Below are positions 50,568-63,802 of a DNA stretch of 64,000 bases, in pieces. This stretch comes from Octopus vulgaris (lineage: Eukaryota). Made by a program: the position numbers and the translations under genes. Under the pieces are notes generated by a model. That model was not told the DNA's origin and did not search any database. It saw nothing but the letters and a program-made list of their open reading frames with translations. Numbering within the stretch: the first letter of the stretch is position 1; every line of letters begins with the position of its first letter. The DNA lies in contig OX597819.1 of the NCBI GenBank assembly GCA_951406725.2, positions 14,012,001 through 14,076,000 of the forward strand. Direction: 5' to 3'.

Positions 50568-51477
50568 ATTGAATATAACAAGGATGGCTTAATAGTGCAG
50601 GGTGGAGGTAGGTTATGGCAAGCTTGGCTGAATTAGGTAGAGCTTGGTAGGGCTTGGGAGGTCAAGCCAGAGACAAGGTTTGCTATGAAACCTGGAAACA
50701 TCTCCTATTGTGTGTAAGAGAAATTTTTGGGGTTTGTATCTGTGGGTCATTCCAAGACAATAAACATTGTTATGTATTTCAGACATCTGCAAGGGTAGAC
50801 TGAGAATGAAATAAAATTTTTTTTAAAAAAAGCAACATAAGAGAGTATTGTGTGTGAGAAGTGTTTACCGTTCCATCTCGAACTTATACCTGTCACAACA
50901 ACACCACCACCACCACTATACCCCTGTTTGTCATCATTATCACTTACACTCTCTGTTGTCATCTTCATCATCATCATCACCACCACCACCAGTTCTATCA
51001 TTGCATCCCCCATCCCTGCCACCGACTCTGACACCTCGCCCCCCCCACCACCACCAACGCTGAAGGACCGTTATTGAGAATACAAAGAATGTGACAACGC
51101 CACCACCAACAATAACAAAAAGACCAACAACAATAAGTGAATATTTCTTTTTTTTCAGTATTTACAAAACATGTCCCTTGTTACATATTTAATGAAAAAA
51201 CATCCACCTTGGGGGTCTTGCTCTGACTAATATCTCCATGACCCACCACCACCCCCCATCATCACCTGTCAATCTGTGCAGTGGCTTGACCTATTAGAAA
51301 CAGCAGCCAAATCTTCCCCCAAACTACAAACATTATCTTAAAATAGGACACTCTAGATAATTGGCTCCTAGTTTTTTTAATTAAAAAAAAAGGGGGTGGG
51401 GTGGCTAATTTGAAGGAAGGCTACATTCTGTAATTATCACAAAAGCATAATTCACTACAAGATGTAAAATATGTGAG

Positions 51478-51735
51478 TAGGAGTGGCTGTGTTGTAAGTA
51501 GCTTGCTTGCCAACGACATGGTTCCGGGTTCAGTTCCACTGTGTGGCACCTTGGGCGAGTGCCTTCTACAATAGCTGACCTAAGCCTTGTGAGTGGATTT
51601 CATAGAGGGAAACTGAAAGAAGCCCATCGTATATGTATATATATATATGTATATATATATATATGTATATATATATATTTATATATATATATGTATATAT
51701 ATATGTATAAATATATATGTATATATATATATGTA

Positions 51736-51796
<61 letters not shown>

Positions 51797-52027
51797 GTGT
51801 ATGTGTGTGTATATGTTTGTGTGTCTGTGTTTGTCCCCCTCAACATCGCTTGTCAACCAATGCTGGTGTGTTTACGTCCCCGTAACTTAGCGGTTCGGCA
51901 AAAAAGACCGAGAGAATAAGTACTAGGCTTCCAAAGAATAAGTCTTGGGGTTGATTTGCTCGACTAAAGGCGGTGCTCCAGCATGGCCACAGTCAAATGA
52001 CTGAAATAAGTAAAAGAGTAAAAGAAT
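51478..52027 (+). mobile_element. SINE family A with expanded internal (TA)n
   Basis: Consensus halves separated by about 200 bp of TA/TG repeat. Confidence 0.9.
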
Positions 52028-52227
52028 AGTACTTGATTGTTATGAAAGGAAAGACATATTCAAGACATCATTCTAGGAGATATTTTAACCCTTTAGCACT
52101 CAGGTTTCTCTGTCAAATCTCCTGCCTATTTATTCAAAATGATTTGGATTAGTCGTGCATTACCTTGTCACTTTTAATTTTTTATGATGTGTTTGTTTAT
52201 TTTTAGAATGATATTGTAGGATAACTA

Positions 52228-52806
52228 AAGTGGCAAGCTGGCAGAAATGTTAGCATGCCGGGTGAAATGCTTAGTGGTATTTCATCTGTCTTTATGTTCT
52301 GAGTTCAAATTCTGCCGAGGTCGACTTTGCCTTTCATCATTTCAGGGTCATTAAATTAAGTGCCAGCTATGCACTGGGGTCGATGTAATCGACTTAATCC
52401 GTGTGTCTGTCCTTGTTTGTACTCTCTGTGTTTAGCCCCTAGTGGGTAGTAAAGAAATAGGTATTTTGTCTGCTGTTACGTCCTAAGTTCAAATTCTGCC
52501 GAGGTCGACTTTGCCTTTCATCGTTTCGGGGTCGATTAAATAAGTACCAGTTATGCACTGGGGTCAATATAATCGACTTAATCCGTTTGTCTGTCCTTGT
52601 TTGTCCTCTCTGTGTTTAGCCCCTTGTGGTTAGTAAGAAATAGGTATTTCATCTGTCTTTACATTCTGAGTTCAAATTCTGCCAAGGTCGACTTTGCCTT
52701 TCATCCTTTCAGGGTCGTTAAATTAAGTACCAGTTGCATACTAGGGTTGATCTAATCAACTGACTCCCTCCCTAAAAATTTCGGGCCTTGTGCCTAGGGT
52801 AGAAAA
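52228..52806 (+). mobile_element. SINE family B trimer inside a piggyBac-like MITE (about 52089-52910)
   Basis: One head and three bodies joined at AAATA|GGTATTT; ATATTGTAGG repeated at the flanks; host begins TTAA|CCCTTT. Confidence 0.85.
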
Positions 52807-55014
52807 CAATATTGTAGGGTAAGTGTGAGAGACTAAATCTGGCCAATTTGAAGATAATACAGGCAGATTGTCTTGGACAGATAAGGCTGGCTTGAATGCT
52901 GGCGGATTAAAGATTGAGATTAATAAATTCCTATTTTGAAATAAAAGAGAAATCAAATATAATAGAAATATTGAGTTACTTGGCACTAAACTTTTACAAG
53001 TTTGGTGAATGTCTTTTTTCAAATTTGTTAAAAAAAAGTCTTGGAATTTTATACTGAGGCTTGACTTGATCTAATTTAATTTTTGAAAATTTTATGTAAA
53101 GGGCCATCCATTAGGTGGTGGTGGCCACTACTTAGATAGTGTGGTTTATCATCTTCAATATTTGAGCAGGTGGTGAGTAGACAGAATCATTAAAACACCA
53201 GGTAAAATGCTTAATGGCATTTTACCCGTCTTTGCGTTTGATGTTCAAATTCCATCAAGGTTGACTTTGCTTTTCATCCTTTCGGGGTCAATAAAATGAG
53301 TACCAGTTACACACTGGGGTTGATGTTGTTGACTTAACCCCCCTCCCCTGAAATCTCTGGCCTTGCACTAACATTTGAAACCAATGTTAGCCCTGTCATG
53401 TAAAAATGAAATCGGAAAAGACAGGGTGGTCATAGCTGGATTGCCTTCCTCTAAAGTCTGTTCAATCAGTTCAGACCTGGGGCTAAAAACAAAAAAAAAC
53501 AAATTAGGTCTCTGACTCGGTGAATGTCCTTACTTCCCTCATCACCGCCTCTCATTACTCCCCACCCTCGCTCGCTCTTCCCTTAGCAATGTCCTGTTCA
53601 AACAATGTCCACATTATTTCATAAATGTTCTTCAAACTGTGTTTGTTTTGTTTGGGATTTTCTAATGCTTCCCCTCCACCCTGTACCCACCCACCCAACT
53701 TACTCCTCTCCCCCTCCTCTCAGACTTACCACTTCTGCAGCTCCCATTGTTGTTGTTGTTGTTGCTTAACCACAGGTCAACTTGTATTGAACCGACTTTT
53801 AATCAAAAGGCCTTCTTGCTGTGACCATCCTTTATCTTGAAAAGCAGGATGGTGGTGGTGGTGGTGGTGGTGGTTATGAAGATTGTAGTGGTTGTGACAG
53901 TAGTGGTAGTGGGTGTAGTTGTTGTGGTGGTGGTTATATTGTTTACACAAAGCTTTTGGTAAACTGTTTGCTTTGGTGCAATTTTGCACCAACAAGAAGA
54001 CATAATTGCAATATTTTTGCAGTTTCATCTACTTCTTTGGAGTTTATTGAGAGAGTCTACAGTCGCTGGTTCCCATGCTCTATATTAACCATTAAGCTAA
54101 TGTTGTCTTTTCCTGGTTACATAACTTTTCTTTCTTTTTTAATTGGTGTTTTAATACTCCATACATTTAATGTGTTAGTTCTTGGTTGTTGTTTTTTTTT
54201 TTTTTGTGCAGACCATGTCTCTGGGTAATTAACTGCTGTGATTAATTGTATTTTTTTTAAATATGCTAATTTTTCACACTTGCTCGTATCATGTGTGAAA
54301 GGCAAAATAGGAATTTTGAAAAAAAGTTTTTTATAAAACTAGTTTTTTAGACATAGAATGGCTATTGGGGTCCACCAGGATAAAGTAGGGATCAAACGGG
54401 TCCATAGGTGAAAAAAAGAAAATGGTTGAGAACCACTGTTTTACATGATTACTCAGCTTTCTAGAAATAGCAGTGAAATTGTACTATTACACTGCTATCA
54501 TCTTGACAAATAATTTGTCAGATAATAACAGTTATGGGTCCCTTCCATGTTGGTATAAGATGAGATGGTCATGATTAGAATGCCTTTGATTGCAGGATTG
54601 ATCTGCAGCTAAACATCAACAAAAATACTTGTTTTACTGAGGATCACTAGTAAGGCTGAAACATGTCCACAGTTGTCTCCCATATTAAACAGTGAGTGAA
54701 TGTCTTTTTCTCCCCACTTATTTCTTATTAGTTTTGGGGTTTAGTGGGCTGGAGTCATATTTTCTATTGACCAAGAACAATGGATTTGCAGAATTAGCCT
54801 AATGGTATTTCGTTGCAATGCTTCATGTTATGAGTTCAAATTCTACCAAGGCTGGCTTTACTTTCATCCTTCCTAGAACACTAAATTCCCCATCAAGTAC
54901 TGGAAGTATTGGCCAAATAGACGACCCCTCAACCCTTGAAATCAGAAGCATTAGTACCAACAAAGTGATTATCCTTCACATTTTCAAGATTTATCTTCTG
55001 TATGTTGTTCTCTT

Positions 55015-55340
55015 GTGGAGATGCAATGGCCCAGTGGTTAGGGCAGCGGACTCGCGGTCATAGGATCACGGTTTCGATTCCTAGACTAGGCATTGTGAGT
55101 GTTTATTGAGCAAAAACACCTAAAGCTTCACGAGGCTCCGGCAGGGGGTGGTGGCAATCCCTGCTGTACTCTTTCATTGCAATTTTCTCTCACTCTTTCT
55201 TCTGTTGGCCTGCTCGCTTAGCCAGCGGGGTGGCTTCATTTAAAGGCTAAAACAATGCGAAACGCATTGTGACCAGCGATGTGTAGCAACATCTGATAGC
55301 CTGGTCGGTCACGGTGATCACATCACCGATGATCACGGTG
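55015..55340 (+). mobile_element. SINE family C, tail type 2
   Basis: Consensus head with type 2 tail; TSD ATGTTGTTCTCT. Confidence 0.9.
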
Positions 55341-55729
55341 ATGTTGTTCTCTCATCCCAGGGATATATGCTGAGTGTTCCATCTGTAAACATGCTTACTT
55401 AATCTTTTTCAGGAATAGTTTATCTAGGAGTACCTTTATCCAATGTGTGCTTATTTTTGTTTGATGGTAGGAGGAAATTTGGCTGCTATTTCTAACAGAT
55501 CAAATGACTGCAAGCACATTATCCAAACATCATTCTCAATCTTTTTCCACTTTCCCTTAAGAAGGATTTTGTCAAAAATGCCGAATATTCTACCAGCTTA
55601 AAAAATCTTTACAATTTACTAATAAATTAAATTTTTGATAAAAATAAGGATCAGTTAAGTACTTAGGTTGATATTATTGACTAACCTTCTAGAATATTTC
55701 AGGCCCTGTGCTTATAACAGAAAGGATTA

Positions 55730-56098
55730 TTATTAGCTCTGCCTTAGTGAAGGCAGAGGTATTGTTTTCAGCCATATTTGTTTGTTTGTCTGTGGATGAA
55801 ATATCTCAAGAACCACTGGATGGATGTTGATGAAACTTTCAGGAATGTTTGGCCTTGTGATTGGCACAAACTGATTAGATTTTGGAATTGATCTGGTACC
55901 AGACAAGGATTCTGGATTATTTTTCCTGCTTTTTACTTAATTTTTGAGAGCGGTCGGATTCCTTTTTAGTATTCTCGTTTGTGGAGAGCAGTCGAGTTTA
56001 TTTCAGATATTCTCATTTTAAAAATCATCTCTGGCTAATCATTGAGAGGACATTGGTGTTGCCTTGGCAGAGATTTGCACTCTCTGAGTGCTCTTGTT
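55730..56098 (+). mobile_element. Helentron-type non-autonomous element (HINE/DINE-like)
   Basis: Subterminal inverted repeat CTCTGCC / GGCAGAG, (TTTG)n near the 5' end, 3' hairpin GCACTC.TCT.GAGTGC, T-rich ends. Confidence 0.7.
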
Positions 56099-56438
56099 AT
56101 TAGCTGGCAGAATCGTTAACACGCTGGATGAAATGCTTAGTGGTATTTTGCCTGTTGCTACATTCTGAGTTCAAATTCTTCTGAGGTTTACTTTGCCTTT
56201 CATCCTCCCAGAGTCTATAAATTAAGTACCAGTAATACACTAGGGTTGATGTGATCGATTGTCCTGCTCCTCACAAAAATCCAGACCTTGTGCCTGTAGT
56301 ATAAAGGATCTTTTCTTATTATTGTTGCTGTTGTTGTTAAGGTGTGTTTAGAGACCGGAAATGTGCAACTATGTGTGGGGTCAGGTCAAGGGGAGAGAGA
56401 AAGAGAAAGCATATCTGTTAAATTAAGATATATGTTAT

Positions 56439-56785
56439 AGGTGCAGGCGTGGTTCCGGGTTCAGTCCCACTACGTGGCACCTTGGGCAAGTGTCTTCTAC
56501 TATAGCCTCTTGCCAACCAAAGCCTTGTGAATGGATTTGGTAGACGGAAACTGAAAGAAGCCCGTCATGTGTGTGTGTGTATTGTCTCTCACTACCTCTT
56601 GACAACCAGTGTTGGTGTGTTTATGTCCCCGTAACTTAGCGGTTTGGCAATAAGAGTCCGATAGAATAAGCACCAAGTTTTTAAAAAAATAAGTGCTGGT
56701 GTCGATTCGTGTGACTGAAATTCTTCAAGGTGGTGATCCAGCATGGTCGCAGTCTAATGACCGAAACAAATAGAATATAAAAGAT
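56439..56785 (+). mobile_element. SINE family A, diverged
   Basis: Consensus match with a head deletion; more A fragments at 56825-57000(-), 57055-57160(+) and 57596-57742(-). Confidence 0.82.
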
Positions 56786-57162
56786 GTGTATGTATAACCT
56801 GTCGAGATCTTCCAGTGTAAACTGTTTATTCTTTTATTCGTTTCAGTCATTTGACTGTGTCCAAGCTGGAGCACCGCCTTTGGTCGAGCACATCGACCCC
56901 GGGATTTATTTTTTGTAAGCATAGTACTTATTCTATCGGACCCATTTTGCTGAAGCGCTAAGTTACGAGGACGTAAACACACCAACATCGGTCTTTTATG
57001 CTACGATGGCGGGGACAAATATACACACACGCAAATGCATACATACATACATATATGTGGTTAGAAGCTTGCTTCCCAACCACATGGTCCCTGGTTCAGT
57101 TCCACAGTGTAGTACCTTGGGCAAGTCTCTTCTGCTATAGCCTCTGGCCAACAAAAGCCGTG

Positions 57163-57209
<47 letters not shown>

Positions 57210-57210
<1 letters not shown>

Positions 57211-57554
57211 AGTAGGTGAATTAATTATCCTAGCATGGAAAATTCGTTTAACCGATACCTGGGTAGCAAATTCACGTCAGAAAACACGGTTGAAGCGACC
57301 TGTCAAGGGTAGAAACTCCGGGTTCTTGTGTGGAAATTTGTGTGTTTTTTATATGAATAAGTGAAAGAATGGAGTCGAACGAAGATTTTAACAAAATTCC
57401 TTTACTCTCGACACATGTTTCGAAGACGGCATACTTTTAATTCCGAAGGAATAAAGGGTGCATTATGCCATCTTCTCATCAGGAAAGATAAGGAGCCTCT
57501 TTCAGCCACAATGAATTTTGTTAAAATCTTCGTTTGACTCCATTCTTTCATTTA

Positions 57555-57562
<8 letters not shown>
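57210..57562 (-). mobile_element. (TA)n-embedded element with a hammerhead enclosed by inverted repeats (Penelope pLTR-like)
   Basis: 50-bp inverted arms 57350-57399 and 57513-57562 flank the ribozyme; (TA)n on both sides. Confidence 0.82.
57405..57487 (-). ncRNA. Type I hammerhead ribozyme
   Basis: CTTTC-CTGATGA-GAAGATGGCATA(inner hairpin)TATGCCGTCTTC-GAAAC-ATGT-GTC-GAGAG: canonical core, 12-bp stem II, GUC site, 5-bp stem I. Confidence 0.9.
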
Positions 57563-57596
<34 letters not shown>

Positions 57597-58020
57597 GGGC
57601 TTCCGTCTACCAAGTCCACTCACAAGGCTTTGGTCGGCCTGAGGCTATAGTTGAAGACACTTGCTCAAAGTGCCACGTAGTGAGACTGAGCCCGGAACCG
57701 TGTGGTTGGGAGCAAGCTTCTTACCACACAGCTATTCCTGCGTCTTAGACACTCATAAGCAACAAGATAAGTCGTAGAGAGAGAGAAAGAAGCCGTCTTA
57801 GTGAGGCCAGTATCTTGGCATCATTTTTACGATCGAAATACTACTTTCATATTTTGGCACAAGGCCAGCAGTTTTGAAGGAGAGTGTAAGTCGATTACAC
57901 CGACCCTAGTTCCCAACTGGTACTTAATTCGTCGATCCCGAAAAGATGGAAGACAAAGTCGACCTCGGCGGAATTTGAACTCAGAACGTAGAGGTGTTAC
58001 GTTGGAAATATTAACAGTTA

Positions 58021-58400
58021 GGCGCAGGAGTGGCTGTGTGGTAAGTAGCTTGCTAACCAACCACATGGTTCTGGGTTCAGTCCCACTGCGTGGCATCTTG
58101 GGCAAGTGTCTTCTGCTATAGCCCCGGGCCGACCAATGCCTTGTGAGTGGATTTGGTAGACGGAAACTGAAAGAAGCCTGTCGTATATATGTATGTGTGT
58201 GTGTTTGTGTGTCTGTGTTTGTCCCCCTAGCATTGCTTGACAACCGATGCTGGTGTGTTTACGTCTCCGTCACTTAGCGGTTCGGCAAAAGAGACCGATA
58301 GAATAAGTACTGGGCTTACAAAGAATAAGTCCTGGAGGTCGATTTGCTCGACTAAAGGCGGTGCTCCAGCATGGCCGCAGTAAAAGAAGAGTAAAAGAGT
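58021..58400 (+). mobile_element. SINE family A
   Basis: Consensus match. Confidence 0.9.
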
Positions 58401-58500
58401 TAAATTAATTTCATGATTGGATTATGGGGGTTATATTTCTCCGAGGTTGGGGGGGGGGTCGTACTGTGCCATGTTGGACATTGGTTCACCACCACCACCC

Positions 58501-58540
<40 letters not shown>

Positions 58541-58882
58541 AACTATGCAATATCCACCCACAACACGTCACACCAATATTCCACCCACCACCACCACCAC
58601 CACCACCACCACATCACACATATCCCCCAACAACACATCACAGGAACATGCTTAACATGTGGTTTATTTATTTGTGTGTGTATTTGTTTTATGCTCTTGT
58701 CCCAGTTTCTGATCTTCATCTGCAGTCATTTTCTTTCTCTTTTACCTCAAAACACTTGAATCAGACTTGATTCCGTTCCAGCAAAATAGTTCGTCAGTTG
58801 TCTTGGAAACATTAGATATATCTTTACACCACACCTTACACCAACATGTCTCGCATTTTTGCTCTTACTCTCCATATCTATT

Positions 58883-58943
<61 letters not shown>

Positions 58944-59312
58944 GCTTCTCTCCTTCCTTGTGTTATGTTTAAACTGTAATCCAGATCTTGTCTCCGTTTC
59001 ATGAGAATCGATCATTTTACTCATACATGCATACACACACACACACACACACATATATACATATTTAGCATTTTTATACAAGCGCACATATACATCATCA
59101 TCATCATCATCATCATTTTCTATGGCACAATGCCCTTCCTGTTGTCAACCCTCACCTATTTCCAACCAATGTAATGTTCCTCGATGGCCAGACATGTTTT
59201 TGCAGCAATTTGAAAATGAACGACACCGTTTGTACGACGGTGGCACTCATTTACGCGATGTCAAGACAAAGAGACACAAACATACACACATTCTCATACA
59301 CATATACAGGTT

Positions 59313-59790
<478 letters not shown>

Positions 59791-59824
59791 CATGAGAGTT
59801 TTATATGTATGTGTTTGTCTGTTA

Positions 59825-60137
59825 GTGGTTACGACAACGAGGGTCCCAGTTGAGCCAATCAACGGAACAGCCTACTCATGAAATTAACGTGCAAGTGACT
59901 GAGCAATCCACAGACACGAGTACCCTTAATGTAGTTCTCTGGGAGATTCAGCGTGACACAAAGTGTGACAAAGCTGGCCCTTTGGAATACAGCTACAACT
60001 CATTTTTGCCAGCTGAGTGGACTGGAACAACGTGAAATAAAGTGTCTTGCTCAACGTCACAACGTATCGCCGGGACTCGAACTCACGACCTTACAATCGT
60101 GAGTCGAATGCCCTAACCACTAAGCCACGCGCCTTCA
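59825..60137 (-). mobile_element. SINE related to family C (different tRNA-like head, type 1 tail)
   Basis: Minus strand GAAGGCGCGTGGCTTAGTGGTTAGGGCA..GAGTTCGAGTCCCGG; 3' half matches CAGGCTGTTCCGTTGAT..CCCTCGTYGTCGTAACC. Confidence 0.8.
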
Positions 60138-60242
60138 CCGTGAATAGTGTAGCCGGGAGGAGAAGGTAGATATAACTCACTATATCTGTCTTTGGTCTAA
60201 TGACTGAGTGTTTGAAAACAGTTCAAACAATTATATTTAAAA

Positions 60243-60641
60243 CTAGCAGTATCGCCCGGCGTTGCTCGGGTTTGTAAGGGAAATAACTATATAAGCATTT
60301 TTAGAGAGTTATAGCCAAAAAATAGCAAAAAAAATGCATTGAAAATGGGAAAAAAATTATGGTAATTTTTTTTTTAATCATTGACTCATCGTAGACATTT
60401 TTAGAGCGTTACTTCTCTTATATAATAGCGAAAAAATGCATTAAAATGGAAAAAAATTATGGTAAATTTTTTTTTTTAATCGTAGACTCATCGTAGACGC
60501 GCGCTAATACTCAGAAGGGCTCGATATGAATCACGATTATAAGATACCCGGTTTTGGTTAAACTGCACCGCAAAATGTGAGAGTAGTTAGGAATCTAAAT
60601 CGTAGGAGACAGACACACAACTTCACTTTTATATATAAAGA
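60243..60641 (-). mobile_element. Non-autonomous Helitron
   Basis: Reverse complement of the 2212 family with CTAG and TC termini. Confidence 0.9.
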
Positions 60642-60930
60642 TATTAAGAGACACTGGAAATGTTTAATTATTTATAAACTATCGAACTGGAAAATTTATA
60701 GCATAGTATTTGTTGATGTATGTAGCTGTCACGTTAGGAAAGGAGAAATCAGTCATGAATTATTTTTCAACTGTTTGGTCTGATAACAGTTTGAAAAAGG
60801 TTTGAAAACCTCTATCTCAGAATGGCGGTTAAAAAGATATTGGTAAAAAAAATTATAAAATAGTCGGAAATGCAAAGCATCCTCCAGAACCTGCTGAAGC
60901 GATTATAGTTTGGTAAAACTTTGACGATAT

Positions 60931-61242
60931 AGTAAAGATTATTTGCCAACATAACATGGCAGTCCTGGTTTAGGACGAATGTTGCTGTAATTTAGCCCCA
61001 GGAGACATCGTCTCCAGCTGGCTATACGACACGATCTGTGTCCTTATATTTTCGAACAAGGGAATCTAGGACCCCCACTCAGCTCAAAACAATATCTGTG
61101 GTGCTAGATCCCCTTGTTCGAAAATATAAGGACACAGATCGTGTCGTATAGCCAGCTGGAGACGATAACTTCTGGGACTAAATTACAGCAACATTCGTCC
61201 TAAACCAGGACTGCCATGTTATGTTGACAAATAATCTTCACT
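60931..61242. mobile_element. Fold-back element with about 139-bp arms
   Basis: Arms 60931-61069 and 61104-61242 are near-perfect inverted repeats. Confidence 0.88.
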
Positions 61243-62084
61243 CCAAAGTACTGTTGCCGAATATCTCTTGTTGTGAGATTTGCAAATAGTAATTTTCTAA
61301 TTTACGTTATAGTTCAAATTATTATTTTAAAATTTGAAATAAACGTGAACGTGTTACTGTGATGATTGCAAAATAGGCAGATATTTTGACTGTAGTGTAA
61401 TTTGAATTTAATAGGTAAGAAGTATGATTTTAAAAACTGTTTTCGTTTTTACGGTAATGCAATGAAATTTTCCTTTGGAAATACATCTACGGCCAAGTGA
61501 ACAAGCATTCAGGTGTATGTGCTTACAAGATTGTGAACTATGGTTTGATTAGGAATCGGATGCTAGATAAAGATAGCTATGCCTTGTGATGGAATAAAAT
61601 ACTTTTATAAAATTTTAACCACAAATTTCTAACTCTGGAGCTAAAAATTATTAAATTTAAAAAAATTTGTTATATTTATGGTGATGGGGGAAGTGTTTTT
61701 GCCGCAAGTTGAAGAATGTTTTAGCTCCAGAGTTGGAAACTTGTGGTTAAAAGGAGTATTAAACCAAGTGGTGTTTCTTTTCGGAGAATCCACTTCGTGC
61801 TTATCGCTTCATTAAATTACTCAGAAATGTCAATGAATGCAGCTTCGTTGGCAGAGGATCCTGAAACGCATAAAAAAAAATCTAACAAGAATATTTAGAA
61901 TATTATTGGTGATTAGGGAGCGGACTCAATGGGTTTTCTAAAAGGAGAGAACTGAGGAACGGAGATTGACAGTTACGACGAGAAAGCTGTCTTTAAATTA
62001 GTCTCGATAACGAATTTTAAATTTAGCTCCTGGAAAAAGTTATGAAGTTCTTTCCTAAACTATTTCTGCAAAGTCTTTTCACAT

Positions 62085-62470
62085 TGGAAGCACTCCGTCG
62101 GTTACGACGACGAGGGTTCCGGTTGATCCGATCAACGGAACAGCCTGCCCGTGAAATTAACGTGTAAGTGGCTGAGCACTCCACAGACACGTGTACCCTT
62201 AACGCAGTTCTCGGGGATATTCAGCGTGACACAGAGAGTGACAAGGCCGGCCCTTTGAAATACAGGTACAACAGAAACAGGAAGTAAGAGTGAGAGAAAG
62301 TTGTGGTGAAAGAGTACAGCAGGGATCACCACCATCCCCTGCCGGAGCCTCGTGGAGCTTTTTTAGGTGTTTTCGCTCAATAAACACTCACAACGCCAGG
62401 TCTGGGAATCGAAACCGCGATCCTACGACCGCGAGTCAGCTGCCCTAACCACTAGGCCATTGCGCCTCCA
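62085..62470 (-). mobile_element. SINE family C, tail type 1
   Basis: Consensus match; TSD CTTTTCACAT. Confidence 0.92.
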
Positions 62471-62959
62471 CCTTTTCACATTACCCACTTCTCAAATATA
62501 CTGGGATGTATGATGTAAGCGATTTTTTGTCTGTTCGATTAGCGATAACCTAAGCGTCCGTCTGTATGTATATACGTGTCTGTCTATGGCTGTGCGTGCA
62601 TGTGTGTTCGCGCGCGTGGTTCTGGATCATAATCCCAAAATTACACAACTCAGGAATGGCGTAATCTCGAAAGCTCGGGCTTGTGGGTTAACCTTCCGAA
62701 ATTATGGGGGTTACGTGTGTGTGTGTTTTTTTATGTCTTCGGGAAGAATTCTGTTATCGTCAGGCCTACAGCGGGATGGGATCCTCCTGGTCTAAAAGTA
62801 CCCGAAGAGACGGTGTCTCTATCACTCCTTCAAGGAATTGAGGACCCAGAAGACACAAGCATGCGCGTGCCCGTACACACACACACACGCTGTATTAATG
62901 TTTGTTTTTATGTCGAGTTATAAAAGCAATTTAGCATTAAACTGAAGGATTACTCAATA

Positions 62960-63108
62960 CGTCACTTAGCGGTTCGGCAAAAGAGACCGATAGAATAAGT
63001 ACTGGGCTTACAAAGAATAAGTCCTAGGGTCGAGTTGCTCGACTAAAGGCGGTGCTCCAGCATGGCCGCAGTCAAATGACTGAAACAAGTAAAAGAGTAA
63101 AAAGGGTA
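62960..63108 (+). mobile_element. 5'-truncated SINE family A (tail module only)
   Basis: CGTCACTTAGCGGTTCGGC..GAAACAAGTAAAAGAG. Confidence 0.88.
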
Positions 63109-63802
63109 ATACTTTTTAGTAGAGTACATTTTTATCAAACTTTTACAAGGAGAAGCTTAACTGTGTAACGAGGGCGAGCAAGTCGAAACTTAGAAGTCAT
63201 TGTCCACCTTTTCTTCGTGGAAGTTTATACACACACCCAGGTGGATTGATCTCGACGGAAGGCAATGTGTGTGTGTGTATGTGTAATAAATTTTGCCACA
63301 AGCCTTGTCTATGTCTGCAACTGTTTGCTTGTTAACTTAACCCCTCACAAATTCGCACCACCGAAACACCGGTGTAAGTTTCTGGTTCCCAGACAGGGTC
63401 ACATACTTCTTAAGATTATCTCTCTCCCATGAAGCTGTCGTCTAAAACAATATGGCTAAAAGGTGCCTAAACTCCGAATTATTAACAAATCATGCAAGGT
63501 AGCAGGAAAATGTCAACTGGCAGCCGTTCGACCCTTAGTTTATTTTCCCGCCCCGTTTATCTAATGGCCAGCATAGGGTTCTCTGCATGTATGTGTGTAA
63601 ACTCCACTCACCCCTTCTCCACCTGCACCCACACCGCTCACACACTTCTTTTCTGCCCCTCTCCTTACACAGAAGCCCCACCCATTCTTCTCTTCGTAAC
63701 GCCCCCATCGCCCCCCCCCCCCTGGAGAACTGCATTTGCTCCAGGCCCCTAAACTTTTTTCTCTTTCTTCTTCCAGCCTTTCTGCCATTCTTGTTCCTTT
63801 CG

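Noticed and set aside
8530-58243. Recurrent small ORFs such as MSSNARGTNTDT and MTTDAGVFMSP as a peptide family
   Set aside because: They are readings of SINE A copies, and the frames shift with microsatellite length
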